Source: Phoronis australis (Eukaryota; Animalia; Phoronida). From it: a stretch of DNA of 64,000 nt. The translations under genes were made by a program, and so were the position numbers. Positions 14,001-30,000 of the stretch are shown here, one piece after another (the first letter of the stretch is position 1; every line of letters begins with the position of its first letter). The DNA lies in the NCBI GenBank assembly GCA_002633005.1, contig NMRA01000118.1:310707-374706 (forward strand). Direction: 5' to 3'. The notes under the pieces were generated by a model. It was not told the DNA's origin. It was given only the letters and a program-made list of their open reading frames with translations, and did no database searches.

Positions 14001-17000
14001 AGTTGTGAAATAATGCGATTAGTCATAATCAGGAAATGGCCATAAATAACGGAGTAGAAAGAAATTTCGCCAATAATCATTTAAGGAAGGTTAGATGAAT
14101 GAGTTGTCCTGGTGAAAGACAACAAAAGTTAACCTTCTCAATACAAACAACAAGGACAATTATATGTCAATCAGAAATCTGAATGTTCCGTAAGGTGAAA
14201 TTCAGCTGCTCATGAAGATCAGGGGAAAACAATTTATTTTGAAACATAAAAGCAGAGGAGTTTAGCAGCAGAATCACCCCCTCCTCACCCAGCACTATTG
14301 TAAGGAATTTTGGTTTTAAGGGAATGAATGAGAACCTGGACATCATGCCAAAAAGATTTCTGGGGCTGTGCTCATATTTTAAAAAAGATGTTGGTTTATG
14401 TAATAGAATTTATTAGACTCAGATCAGGTCTCTCTTCAGCATCACACCACTTTACCCATCTCAATGGTAATGAATGTTAGTTTAGGTAAGATTAGAAGGT
14501 TCAGGTCAGGCCTTGACCAGATCAGGCCTCCTGAGCCAAGCACAACCTAATACTCTGCAATAAACACTAAAGAATGACCCAGCCATCATAGCCAGCTCGA
14601 ACAAAAACTAGAGGTCAATAGAAGGTCAAAGACTATAACTGATGACCTTAAGAGGACAGCAGTAACTTAGTCATGAAGTTTTGTGCTGCCACCTATTGTG
14701 ACATACAACTAATTTGCAGGGCTGTTCACCTAGTACCCTTATAGTTGGCAGACTGACAGGTGATCTCTCATTAGGCAACATATTGAAATTCAAAATTTGC
14801 TGTGAACCATAACCAAGTGGGTAAGGTAAGGCTATAGCCTTTAATACTGATCTTCCCCTCAAATCAAATCGGCCCAAGCCATCAATTACGCAGGGTACTA
14901 CTTAGATGTAATCACTCAAATTTATGCTAGAGAAAGACAAAATCTCACTAGTTTTTACACGTGACATAACTGGCATATTCACTTAATATAAATTGTCCAT
15001 CCATGAAGTGATTCTGCAGTTGGACTGGACAGCATTAAAATAAGGCAGAAAACTCACTTATGTTGTATAAACCAATTGCGAGTATTAGTGAATCATTTAG
15101 CGTTTCTCAAACCCTCTTTGGTGTGAGGGAGTTCTCACCTGTACTAGGGTTAGCAAGAGTCACCTCCACCAGGTCCGAAGCTCTGTTGTTCTTGTCACTG
15201 GTAGAACTCGACTTGTCGTCAATATCTGTGTCATAATGGCGGAACTTGCCCACAGCACCAACACAGTTCGAACTGCCGCCACACGCCCAGTTCAAGTACC
15301 TGAAATGATTAAAAAAGACTTCACACAAATTCAGCTTTGCACCGTAACAATCTGACAGTGGTACACATCAAAGGAATATTTTTTAATAAAAATCTATCCA
15401 GTGTACAGTTTACCATAATCCCTTTTTGCTATGAAAAATGAAAATTGCAAAAATTTTGTTGTAAACGCTTTTGAAGGACCTAGTTGTCCACACACCCCCC
15501 CCCCACATTCACATACCACAATTACATCACCAAGGGAATACCAACTGGCAATGAAGTCACAAGGTCACAGTCATTTCTCGCAAAACTCAACAAAACTTTT
15601 GTGTAATGATCTTTCAAAAGCAATGATAACTGCCCTAAAAAGTTACACTAGATCAGAGACAAAGTCAACCACAGCTGACTCCGAATAAAATGTCTTGTGA
15701 AAAAAACCAAAATAAATATGATAGATCAACATGAGCCTTCCCTCATTGATGTCTGGAGGTACTAAATTGACTCGCACTGTGATACATGACCGATTTTGGA
15801 AATATCAGGTTGGAGAAACTTGACATAACATTCCCACTTAGTTTTTCAATCCACTGCAAATACACCTCACCTGTCAGAAACATCCCATTTACTTTTGTAT
15901 TATCAATATTTTGAGAACAAAAACTTACGTGTTTGCCAGTTCACTGCCAAAGTCTACCACAGATGCATTCACAGAGCTTGTTGATGAAAAGATTGACGCC
16001 AGGGTGTTATATGCTGATGTGACGGTAACACGTGGATTTGATTTTGCCTTCACCTCCATCATAGTACCGCCAAACGACAGGTCAAAGGTCATGGCCTTCA
16101 TGACCTTAGACTCCAAGCCGTAGATGACAAACTTGCTATTGGCTGGGTACGTAAGAAGCTCGCTGAGTTTATCAAGTACAATCTGAGCATGCGCCTTGTC
16201 CATGCCATTCTTTTGAGTCAAATACGTGACAAGCGTGTCCAAATAGTTGAGCAGGTTGACCTGGTCTGCAGCGTTTGTTTCCACAATTTTCAGATTCTCC
16301 AGCTGTTCTAGAATCAAGAAGACATCCTCCCGCGTCATTGTGGATGACTTGATGAAGTTGGCGGTGAGGGTGAGAAGGGTGGTGCTGGTCTCGGTGCTGT
16401 TGACAGGTGCTACATCCCGTCGGTGGCGAGAGTGCACTGACCGCCGGCGCCGTGATCCACCGACACTGTCTACAGCAAGATCTATCGCATTCCAGTTGAC
16501 CATGGCAGTGGTAAAGTCACCTGAAAAGGGGATAAATCATTCAATATAAAAGCACAATGATAGTGACTGCTTATTAATAACCAATTCAATTACTTGCTTA
16601 ATTCATATACATGTTATCATAAGTGTGGTCAAACAAACCTATGTGTTACTCCGCAGATATACTTTAACTTAGGAAGTCCAAGACAGGCACACAGTCTTGT
16701 ATTTATCAGATCAATTAAAAGGTTTAGAAGCATTACAGACTATCACAAGCCTCTGAAGCTGTGGTATTTTCCAAATAATTACGTCGTTCATTGTCTTAGA
16801 TAAATCGGAAGACTTCAATGTATACTGCATTATTACTACTAGTACATTTTCTTTTAAACTTACTTGTATGATGATACGTAAGGTACTGATTTATGTAATT
16901 ATAGCTTTTAGCATTTTATTTATTTCAATAGTTTACTTTTACACAACTGCTTGGTACTTTAATTTTATGTAATATTTTCAACTGGGCCCACTTGGAAACC

Positions 17001-18000
17001 ACTGGATTCAGAGAAGTGTTCACCTTGAACTCTTGGCTTTTACTGAATAAAGTTGAAATACATTTAAATAAACGCTGCCGCAGCAGTAAATTGTCCACAG
17101 GAAAGTTGAAGCTTCTTAGGACACAAAAACAATTTTTCGCAGTGCATTATTTCACAAGTGCAGATTTGTATCAGGAGAAATACTTGAAACTGTCAACTTC
17201 GCACGGCATTAGAACAAATCATGCAACGTTTATGTCATAAGGGGTCTAATGTTAGACAAGTCAGAACTATACGCAGGCTTTCAAACAGAAGTGAGGTAGG
17301 TGAGGCCAGCGACACGTTGCACGAAACAGTTCCAATCAGTGACTCAACTAAGTTCCCTAAATCACCTGCGTGACTTTGTTTACTTACAGCTGTTGTCTTC
17401 TTTACGAGCTACTCTTTGACTCAATGCCATTAAGTTGTAATTTATTGAAAATCTGAGTCCCTATTTCAATGAAAATAAATTGGGAGCCAGTCCATAAATG
17501 AGGGAAGTTGTATGAAAGGATCCCATTGATTTGTAATGATAATAAGAATTCAATATAGAGTTCACTGCCGGCGTGTATCAAAGACAAAAATAGACTCACT
17601 TGAAAACAAAAACAGCTGCATTAAGAACAAGATGTGTTTGAAGTTTACAAATGCTGTAAAACTTAAGAAACATTATTGTTAAGTTGCTATTTGGGTCTGT
17701 TGAATGCAACCATGCCCAGGACAATAATCTTACCTATACTGGCTGGTTTGTCTACTTGCTCTTTCTTAGCAACCTCCACTTCGGCGGCACTTATAGACAG
17801 CTTAGGAAGAACTGTTACAGGGGAGCTAACCAGAGTAACACAGACGGCGAACTTATCGCACACCTGGAGGGAAATAAATCTGTAGTTAATGCTTGTTTCA
17901 ACATGTAGCAACCTCATGGTATAGTAATTAGTAAATATCAATCAAAAACGTTTAGATTATCAGACGACAGAAACTCTGTGTGTGTGTGCGTGTGTGTGCA

Positions 18001-18034
<34 letters not shown>

Positions 18035-21000
18035 TGCGTGTGCTGGTGGGTGTGAATAGAACTGCATGTCACTAAATTGTCTTCATCACTAGCTACAGTT
18101 AAGTTTTTTGAAAAAAGTCTTGAGATCAAGTAACTTCCACTCATAGAGCAGTAATTAAATTGTAGCCAACCAAGTATGTAGAGCATACCTCAACATAGAA
18201 GGTCATGGTATTTCCTGTGGGTGGTTTCCTGCCGAACACCGTCACTGCCGAGTCCAATCCCTTGCTAGTCTGTGATTTATACACACCGTTGTCCACGTAA
18301 CCATACTTGTAGCTAATTGGTAGCGAGTCTTCTGGGGCAAAGCAGTTTTTGGTCTCCAGGGTAACCTGCAGAGATTAGTTCCTGTTTTGAACCTGCTAGC
18401 TTGTACACACATCCCAATGTTTTTCCAGTGGGATGCACGTGAAGGGTAATTCGTATGCTTAGAAGCACCACAGAACAAATAGTGCTGTGGATTGTGAAGT
18501 TAGCTTGCTTCTAAAATGAAGTTCCCGAATGAACTTACTGATGTGACACGAGTTTCAAACTGAACAAACATTTTCCATAGCGTGACCAAATTGTCAACCC
18601 ACCAACTAGGGGTATCAATCTTAATTTTAAATTGCGCTTGAAAGTGCCTCACCTGCACACTTGTAAAAAACATGAACGAAATCTAAAGCTTCCTTCTTGA
18701 AAAACCATGCTAGCAAAACTTTGTGACTAAAATCTCGATATGTGAGTTTGAAAATGAAACAATAACAGCCATGATAACTAATTTAACAGTCATAATTGTC
18801 AGACTGAAATCATACTTATACCCTTGGATGCAACAACTTGCAAATAGCTAGCTAGCTCATTGATAAATTTGGGGCAGATTGACAAACTTTCATTAGTTTA
18901 ACTGCAGGCTAAGTCAACTGGGTCAACATGAAAAGGTATAAACTGATGTACGGGCCCTGCCACAAAGGTACTAATTCTCGTGCACACTATGTAGTCAAGA
19001 CTTTTGACACAAATGGACTGAAACTGACTGACATTTAGAACAGGCTACTAGCTACAATTTGAGACAGACCCCACAAATTGCGTCACTTTCATTGCACAGT
19101 TTCCACCAGTGTGATCAAGATGTTAGGGTGGGCGTGGATGGTCTTAAAACAGGTTTATTGCAATAGTACCTTCATCAGGGCTTGCGCTAGCCTCCTTGCT
19201 GCCGAAAGGGGTTGATTGAACCTACCTGCTCCAGTTCTGTGTAGTTGCTGGCTTGGAAAACACACGAGGTGACTCCTCCACGCACTACAACATCAGCTGT
19301 AACCTTTGAACTTTTCCCTTCGACACTGGTTACTGTGGCATCAATCTTGTATGTGCTACCCTTTGACAATGAGGCTGTAATTTAAGTAACTAAGTAAAAC
19401 TGAGTCCTTGAAAATTCAACGTGTCAGACAAAAAATAAATGAAAAATACACAAACATAATAAAATAAAAATTGTAGCACATTTAAAATGGTGACAAAAGC
19501 CTACTGATACAGATTCACTACCCAGAAATATTGATAGTTAGAATAACAATAGGAGTGGTGGTAGTGGTTAGACACATTATCCCGGCCATTTATCATCAAA
19601 CACAATTCAAACCTACGCACCATTTTCACAACTCAAGATGGGTGGCCAAACAAGGAAAACAATCCTGCTAGCTCTGACACCATACCTCGATTTAATAATG
19701 AGACCCTTAACCTTAACTTACATAGATGGCGCTAGTTAGTTCTCTTCCAAACTTACCTGCCGATATGCGGATGATGCTGATGTATACATTGCTCAACCCC
19801 CTTCGTTGAAAGATGACACCAGGAGGCTCTAGCTTGCTACTATCTGTCAAGTTAACGTAGCCGTAACCTGCAATCACAAAAGCCAAACTTCTATTTTCCA
19901 TTTGTTGCAAAAATAGAATCAAACCATGAATTTTGAACCCATTCCAAACTGAGAACACAAAACCAGTTGTTTTCCTATAGACATTTATATTATAATGAAG
20001 TCCTCAGGCCATCCCCTTGTTACAATAGGTGATATCTGCACAGTTTAATGTTTAATAATTGTTTGCAAGTAATCATTAAAATCTTTAAAGCCTTACTAAA
20101 GGCAAAAATAATTATGTTTCTTTTAATAATGAAGTATTTTTGACATTAAGTATTCTAGATTCTACTAGTTGTGAATTTTTCAATTCCAAAGTCATTACGG
20201 AGTAAGAGGATGATCTATTTTTGACTCCAATGTTTTAATGATTATTTCAATGTCATACACAAACGAGCTTGAAGACACCAGTCGCAGGTAACTTCACACG
20301 GCTGCCAGTGCTTCCCACACTTGCTACCTTTATGTGAACGACTGACTTGAGTTTGAAGTTTTTGACCTTCGCTCGATCTAATTAGTGTATTTGCAAGTGA
20401 TTTTAATACAAGTTCTGACCGGGCATTCTATAAGCCGTAAGTACTAACAGTAATTTCACGGTTCGAATGCTCTTGATGGTGACAACGTTTCACAACCATG
20501 TAACAGAATCTCCATGCAGGCAAAAGTTAGCACCAGTCAGTTACTGATCCAGTTAACGAATTACAGTGAGCCAGCTATGAAGTCATCAAGTTGCTCAGTG
20601 AAACGGTTCATATCATAAGTTAAGGTTTCACAGCATCGTCTGAAGCATCAAGATCACGCATTAGTATGGACTTTACATCAGACTTTTTGTTTGAGTGGAC
20701 TTGCCTCTGGTAGAGACCAGTAAAAATGATAAACTCCAAGAAGTCTTCAGTCTATCATGGCACAGAAAATTTTGCACCGGACAGTAACGACATGCACTCA
20801 CAAGTCATTTAGAAATTGTGATATTTTCCCTGCGGCTTACTTACCGTCAAGCTGCTGAGACTGCCAGACGATACCAGATGGCAGTATTTCAGCAACACTA
20901 GTGATGTCAATCTGCAGCGTGACCACCTGACCTGGCTTCACATTGACAGTGCCAGTGGCAGCCGAGGAGCCAAGTGACACCTGGAGAGCAGAAGTGACCA

Positions 21001-24000
21001 TTTATATTATTTGGTGGAATACATGTACACAATAAGCAACTCTTTGTTGGCATCGTGTGGCAAGTATAACTCAACTGACAACTATTGTTGTTATGTTTCT
21101 AGTGCCAGTAAATCTCGCCATGGGCATGTTTTGTTACCAGTTTAACAGATTGCCAAGGTATTTTTATGAACATATTTTTATTCATGGGCCCACACTGATC
21201 AGAACACAAAATCATTGCTGTGCCCACGCATGCAATTCTTAAACATTCACATACCTGCCCTGAAACTCTACATTACATCTAAATTCAGTAAACAAAATAA
21301 ATGTTATGATAAAACCAAAAATAAAGGTGCCTAATAGCTACTACCATTTTTATTTGTAAGATGTTGAAATTGGTACAGGAATACAGCAGGGATGTTATAA
21401 AATGAGTACCATGGAATCACCATAAATGAACACAAAGAAACTGGCTTACTTTGGGTGGTTGACCAGCAATGACAGCCACAAACACAGACGTGGTTGCTGA
21501 TCTCTTCTCTTTTGTCACAGTCAATGTCATCTGGTACAGCTCATTTTCTTGGAAGCGCAGTGCGTCAAACTTCAGCACCGACTGTGTCTTCTCAGCCTTT
21601 GTTGGGAAGGCAGTAAAGTTCTCACCCGTTTTAACCGACAGACAGCTTCCTCCGTTGGAAAACTGAAAAGCAAGAGGCGCAAGTGTGCAATTACGAAGCA
21701 CTAGAATTTCAATATTATCTTCAACATTTTTCGATGACTCAGGACAAGCCATCGAGGCCATCTAACAATCTTAACCCACACAGTGTACAGTAGAGCTATC
21801 AGCACGCATCATAGCTGCAAAACGTCAAAGACATCTCATAAGACCAGTGACAGCCTGCACAGTTTTATGAACTCAATCATAATAAAACATAAACATACAC
21901 AGTGTTGATTCAGAAATTAACAAAGTGATCCAATTTCAATGATGCACTTTAATTTTAAAAACACATAATTATCTAATTGGAAATTGAAAACTACCTACCC
22001 GTTTACATGACCAAAGGTAAGTCATTGGAATAGCCTCATTGTCAGGGTCAATGCTGACTGACCCATCAAAATCCACTTCACCACTACCGCGGCCAACAGT
22101 GCGGACAAAGCCACCTGAAGGATAAGAAGCTAGTAATTAATCAGGACAACCATTTATACTATGTCTGTGCCAACAGTATATGTGGACACTCTAGGGCCAC
22201 ACGTAGATGAGATGCCTATAAATCCAGAAATGTCTTGTCAAATCTACAAAATTAAGTCTCAAAAACCTCAGAGTCTGCAAGTACAGTCAAAGAGACAAGA
22301 GACACACTGCAAGTAAACACAACATCCGATTGAACTCTAACCTGACATGGTATGCTGTTCAATTTAATGTGTTATACTGTCAGAATCATCAAAGTATTCA
22401 CTCTCAGCATTTCTCAGTTTTTGGAAGCATAAAATATTAAGCTTTTGACAAAATAATTAACATGATTGTTACATGACATCAACAGTTAAATGTTAGGCAA
22501 CAAACAACAGCTTGGGAACTTCTTACATAGACAAAGTCAGCTGAATCTTGTCAATTCCTTTTTGAAAACTACTTGCAATGCATTTAAGGATTGGTATTAC
22601 AAAATGACAGTTTGCTCTGGTTCAACAATTTGCCATTTTATTTCTTGCTTGCTCACATTAAAGAAATGCCGTCCGTCTACACGGAATTCAAGGTTTTTGT
22701 ACCCTGGCCCATTAACTTACCAGCGACTAATGGAACAAGAGGTGTTGATAATGTGGTCAATTTTATTGTAGAACGAGACTTGATGCCTGGTTGTGAAGGT
22801 ATCGTCACATCCACATGAAAATCAATGGTCTTGCCAGCTGAAAAATACAGAAAATGGACTATTGTTAGGCTGACCCATTAACACAATTCCTCTGAGACAG
22901 GTAGACTAATAGTAAATTTTATTTTTATGTCACGCACAAGTTACATGAGTTAACTGACAGCGTAAACTATACATGGATCTGTTATCAAAACAATATTTAC
23001 CTGGCAAGTCATTCTTCCTGACAAAATAGAAACGCCTCGTTCGTGTGTTTACATTAATTTTCACACCAGGTGTGGAAGAGGACCACTGGTAGTTGAGCTG
23101 AGCCACCGTAGCACAGCTGGATAGCTCAACAGAGGCCATCATACCGAAACTGTTAGAAAAAGTCATAGTATAAGAAATGAGAACAGATATGGCATACGGC
23201 AAATGCAACGAAGAAAGCATAGAATATTTTATCAACCATAAGTTTCAGACTTCACAAAATTTGATGACCAGAAAAATCACCAAAATTGGTGTTCAAAGCT
23301 CAAGCAACTTAATTTTATGTCTAACTAGTTTTTGTCTTACATTACAGAACTGGTGTTAATTCCAGCTTATCACAGTGCTAAAACTAATACTCCCAAGTTT
23401 AGAAAGACCACCACAAGTAACTTGCTTAGACAAGCATGGCAGTTGCTTGGCAACACATTCTACAAGTACATATTTGTAGCACCATTTCCAGACAACCAAG
23501 GGCTGCAATCAAACATTTTAACGTAATTCCAGTTATCAATGTATTTGATAGGCAGATTACAGTATAGCAACGGGCGTCCATGATTTGTTTTGCATAAAGA
23601 GTTCTGGGATTGCCCAATGCTTTGTCTGAGAATGAGTCATCATTTAGTAATAGCATTTGCACACAGAAGTCACTGACTTATGAACAAGCGGAGGGAATGT
23701 CATTTGATCCTTTTCCAAAGTTTTACGAATTACACATTGACTAATTTGGTAAAATGTCGGAGTATCACATATTATTAAAAATGCTACAACTCACTTGTCT
23801 GATGCCTGCAGTTTATCAGTGTTGGCTCTGGCATCAATCTGAACACGAGGCTTGACTACATCCTCCCTGACAATGTCATGGCTGACACTGACTAATGAGG
23901 AAGGTGCCAGGAAGTTGCTGACAGACAGCCTGATTGTGTAGGTGGCGCCCTGGTCTAGAAGACTGCCATTGACGTACATTATGGAGCTTCCATTTTGAGC

Positions 24001-27000
24001 TGGAATTATAGAGCAACATGCACGGCTGGTGGTCTGGCATCAGTTGGAAGGACACAACGAAGTTCTATTTGACTATCAAGTTTTGAGATTTGCCTTTTGT
24101 CAAATACAAATCGAATGCTTCATCTCCTAAAATGGGTCTGCTGGGCATACAGTCATGTCATCTACCCCAAACGAGGCAGAGGGCAAGGAATAAGTTGATC
24201 CTACTACCATGAATACCTTCTCATGTAGTAGCAACTTGAAAACTAGGAAACTGAAACGAGCTTGCTTCATGATGTAGAGACTTGGAAATAACATCAACTT
24301 CACCTTAAACAGCACTGTATAAAAGGCACTTATTGGAATTGTTTTTAAGGCATACTTCAGCCACCTGAAGGTATGACACAAAGTGTTTTACCTGCTGTTT
24401 CCACTTATGCTATTACCTACTAATTATTTAATGCTGATTGTGAATTTGTCATAGTCAAAGGAATAACAAAATAAGCCCAGTACGCACTATTTGTGAAAAG
24501 TGCTTTAATTTGGGATAGGCACACTAGGTGACGCTACTTACTGTTGAGTGCATCCTGTATCACAGCAACATTTCCACCGACAAGACTAGAGACCGACCAA
24601 TAATAGTTGAGTTGACGTCCGCCACCGCCTGACGACCGTCGTCCGCTCAGGTACAGATTATCACAGTAGGAGATGAATGGTGGTCCCGCTATGACAGCCT
24701 TAGGGGCGACCGCAGATGGAGGGCTGGATACGGTCATGGAACCACTGGCTGGCTGAGAGATGTCCTCGAACAACACATAAACCTGGTTCTGTTTCAACGT
24801 TAGGGAATTACCTGGCGGCAGACATAGTGAATGTTTTGACATGCATCAGGCTGATCTAGCTGAATGTAGTGTCAATGTCACGCGTATGTCAGGTAATCAT
24901 GGCTTGGATGTCCAGTGAACAGATAAGCACATTAGGTTAAATGTGCTAAATAGAAAATCTAGAATTTGATCAATTTCATCAAAACATACAGACTGCTTCA
25001 ACTAGAAGCCAAGTTTTTGTTTGAATTGTAAAGCTATCTAAATTCAGTTTCTGAATTAATACCGGATATATACCGTCTTAAATACGGAACTTACAATATT
25101 TTGTTTAAAAATCCCACGATACAGTACTTATGCGTATTACACTCAAAGTAAACCAATACGTCACCACGACTATCATTTCCATTGAAATTGTGATCAATAC
25201 AGATGTATAAATGCGGCAAATCAGTTGCAATATCTAAACCTAGCTCCAAACTGAAGGCTCATGTACACAGAGATTAGATTTAATCGTTCAGTCACTAAAA
25301 ACACTCAATCAGTCGACCTGTGACTGTATGAAGTGTACACGTACCCACTGCAACGGTTGGCTCACGACCAAGGTAGATGACAACCTTTTTCATAGTCTGT
25401 TGGATGCACTCAGCCCCCTCACCCAAGATGATGGAATTGTCAAATATCTCACTGCAGTACCAAACATCCCAGAGATCGACCTTGCTGTCAAACTTAGCCC
25501 GTAGGAATGAACCTAGGAGAGAATGTGTAGAATTTCAGATGTTGGTTGAATAAATTGTAAAAATAAAACACAAGTTACCAAAGCATGGAAGCATTAGCAT
25601 GCATCAGAAGTTTAAAAAGATGAAACATGCTTGTAACAGCAAGTTGTGATCAGCAATAGTAAGACTGTTTTGCAAAAATATGAAGTTTTACTCGCTCTTT
25701 ACATCCTATTTTTAAATCGGTCAAAATTGAACTTTCAACAAAAATCACGATAGAGATGGGATGTAAATTAATTATAAATCATTAAAATTAGCCTAAACTA
25801 ATTCTTGCCCTGAAATATTTTCCATTTTTTACGAGAAGATATCTGTCAATTTTGTTCGAAATTCTGTAATGTGTATTGAGTAATGACGAAGGCAAAAGCA
25901 ATCATCAGGCCACACTACTAGTAACAACTACAGACTACAACTGACTACTACTAATTATTAATAACTATTACACTGTAGGTCTAACCTGTGTTTGAGAAGG
26001 TGATCGAGACCAGATTGGGCCGCTCCCTGACCAGGAAGAGGGCGCTACCAGACCCCAGACCGCTGCGTTTATCATAAGTGGGGTACACCGTCAACTCCAT
26101 GGAGGTGAACCCCACCACAGATACCTTTACAGTACATGTCAGTCGAGTATTAGTGCTATCTGCCGTAGCAGGTGCAAACACACGGCGGAGATATCGACCT
26201 GAAATAGTTGGTAGCAAACCATTTGAGCCAAAAACATGATACAACATGATGATGGACAGTAACATGATCCTGTCATGACAGACAATTACATGCACATTAA
26301 GATATCAATTACTGCTTGTTTTCATTATGAGTTGAAGGTGACGAGTTTGACAAGATGATGAAAATTCAAATTGAAACAAAATTTTTGTATGCTATACATC
26401 AAAACAAATCACGATCTTTGGTCTCGGTACAAAAATCTGCAAAGCCGTGAGTCTAGCTTGCACTCCATTGTAAAAATTGCCGAAAAATTTAATCAGTGTC
26501 TTCAGAAAAGCCCAGTTTAAAGTCCAGTTAGTTCAAAGCCAATAAAAAATATAAAAATAATGATTCAGCAAATCAAACTTCAGCACATACTTATTAAGCC
26601 AGTGAAACAACAGACAAGAGCAACGCAGAGCAATGAAATGCACCCACGATAGTACTGCTTCTAGGGGTGTTTTCAGTATGATAAAAATGACCATTAGAAA
26701 GATGGCGCAAAATCTATCAAACCCATCCAAATTGAGAAGGCGGCGTCATCTCTGTAATACACAACTATTTTGCCAAATTTCATAAAAAATAAGCCAAGGA
26801 ACACCTAAGATATAGAGGCAAATGTAAAAAATTGACACTAGGGGGCACAGCTATAGTCCAATTGGTAAAAAATTTATAGTCATCTGTTGCTATCTCAATA
26901 GGAGCCATCTGCCAAATTTTGCAAAGATCTTTCAAAGGACTAAGGAGATATAGTCATAGATGCAAAATTGCCCACAAGGAGTGCCAGAACAGTTGAACAC

Positions 27001-30000
27001 ATCCGACAATGAAGTCAAATGTTTGGCTGTCGAAAGTGGGGCTTCTGTCAACAACTGTCAAGAATCCTCATGTCAACAACTGTGCCCCTAGGATAGAATG
27101 GTTTTGTTGAAACATGCATCAGTTGATGCCAAAATACAGGTTTTAGTAATCAGAACTACCATTGCGGTATTTCTTCACATATGATCTCTGTTATTCATAA
27201 ATAATTACCAGTGATTACACAGCCGGCTGTAGGAAGCTGTTGACCGGTCAGAGTAATGTTGATCACTGAACCCTTGGTTAGACCACCTTTTGGTAGAATC
27301 ACTTGACTAGGGTTGATTGATGAGACGGCAACAACTGCAACAGCAAAGCAATTAAGAAAAAATATAACAAGAAAAACGAATAAAAAAAAATAAACGACTC
27401 ATTGTTGGTGACATAAAGAATGATACAATAAGTCAAAACTGTGTCTAAGTACATCGACAAAGCTGGAACAAATTAATGACTTGATGAATAATGCTCATTC
27501 AAGCTTCAAGCTGAGGCTCTGTCGATATAAAAACATGACGCAGTTTGTTTCAATTGACCTAACATGCATGTGTGACTGCGTTATTGCCATTGACTGCCAT
27601 GGTCTCCTAATATTTTTTCTGATTAAAATTGAAATGTCAAAGAACAATGAGCACATTTTTGTTCTCAATTTGATGCTGTTCAATGAGAACAGATTTTGTC
27701 ATTTTTAGATGCAAACCATAAAGTAAACCAGAGCACTATTTAAATACTAGTTGGAACATTTTTGTTCCTCGAGTAGTGAAAACTATATTGAACTCAGCTG
27801 AAAGAGGAGGCAGCAGAAACTGCTTTGACGCAAGAAGCACATAAGGGCTCAAGCACTTACCTGAAGGGTTAAAGGCCACAACAGTGACCAAAGTCAGGTC
27901 AGAGGCAGATACAGGTGACTGACCGACTAAAGCACTGACCACATACGTGTCAGCAGGCAGTTCAGCTGAACATCTAAGATGGGTTTGGTTGGTAAAGAAG
28001 GGCGTCACTTCAACAGCAGCACCACCTTTTGATGGAGTAAAGATACACTGAGTCTGAAAGTTGAAGCCAGCCCCTTCCAATACAAACACCTGGAAATTAA
28101 AATATAAAATAAATAAATAAATCTTAAAGTTAAATTACAACAGGGCATGGAATTAACTATTATATGATTGTTAATTTTATTTTATATTTAATGCACATGT
28201 ATTTTGAGTGGTCATACATAACAATACCGCATTGAATTTTATTTTGTCTTTGTTCAAAGAATTGTACAATTTATTAAACAACCCACTTATTTAAGAGAAA
28301 CAATATGTGAGACTGAATATTTATGGAGGGTCAATAATTTGACTCTTCATCCTAAACTAAAACAAGATTAAAAGAATACCAGTCCAGGTACAGCATATCC
28401 TGGAAACATTTTATTCTTGAACACGTGACAAACACAAAAATTACAACCGAACCATCGACTATCCACTCAAAAACGCATGTCGTACAACAAAAAGTCACAC
28501 TTTAATTGTTACTGATCTATTTGGCTCTTAAGGTTACGCATACCCCTATTTCACAAAAATACCAAATGAAAAATCAGCACTACCTATGTAAAATCCAAGA
28601 CACTGTTTATGAGTATTTTATGAAAGTTTTGCTACAGAAAATTTGATGTATTCTGGTGAAAAGACTCCTCTCTATCAACGTAACTTTGAAAAAAAGCATG
28701 TCACATTTTTTTTTTCGCCAAGAACGCATTATCATGTGACCACAAGAATGGCACACATTTGTGAATGACACGAATAAATTCGTCACGATTCCTAGTTTCA
28801 GAAAACATAGTTTTATGAAATGACAGTTGCTAGTTACTTAGATGATTCAAAAAGAAGACAACATTTTAATTAGGGGTATGCGTAGCCTTGACCATTGTAA
28901 TACTATGGGTTACCTGTTGACTGTCCATCTGCACAGATCGTGGCTCCACCATCTTTACAGCGACACATGATGACCCATCGCCACCACACACATTACAAGC
29001 ATCATACTGCTTATCGCTGAAACAAGTCACAAAGTTATGTGAACAAACTGTGGCGCCACTAGTCTACATCTTTTCATTTCCAATCTGAGAGTACTGTAGC
29101 ACATATTTCATGATGACAAGATAACCTAATTACAGAAGAAACTATTTAGAAGTTACATTGACATTTGATCGTGGACGAAATAGGAGTAGAGATTAAGGCT
29201 CCAATCAGTGCTAATCGGGTCTAGCCAAATTCATAAATTCCAAATTCAAATAAACCAACACAGTGGTGGAGAATTTTACGGTTGAAGCACTTAATAATCA
29301 ACTCTATTATTAACATGGCTAACTAGGAATGCTAACTAACCAAAACAAACTTGATTACATTCCAAATACGCATCGAAACAATGGTTTTCAAAGACAGCGC
29401 AACATGGCGATTTAAACAATCAAGTCAATTCATGGTGAAAAACACTCAACAATTGCAGAACAAGAACATTAATTTACTAAAATTCTATGTCAGTTTGTAC
29501 TGTACATATTATGTTACCACTCAAGATGGGCAGTTTTTGTGGCATTTGAAGCTCTAGTTAATAGATAATTATCAAAAATGACAATTTAGCAATCAATCAT
29601 AGGTTTTGTCCCTTACAGATTTTTTTTTGCGTATTTATTAGTAAAATGCATCAGTTTGCATGAATATAACTCATCTCATCCTGACAGTGTGCACTGAACT
29701 TTGGGGATAAAACAATAAAAAGGTTATTAATTCATAATTGTGGAAAGACAGTGGCACAGCCTACATGATTCCTCTTAGTACAGAGAAAAATCAGTGCAAA
29801 GTCTTTGAATTACCCATAAGGCACGCCCTCGCAGTCAGCACAAGTTGAGTTATCGCCGAAGCAGACTCCACACCCATCTCTGTAATATTCATGTGGCTTG
29901 CCTGTGGCGCCCCCAGCACAGCGGTGGCAAGTGTATGAAGTGTTAAGAGCCCAGTTCGTCCAGTCCCAGTCTCCTGTTATTGATTGGTTAAGCAGATTTA

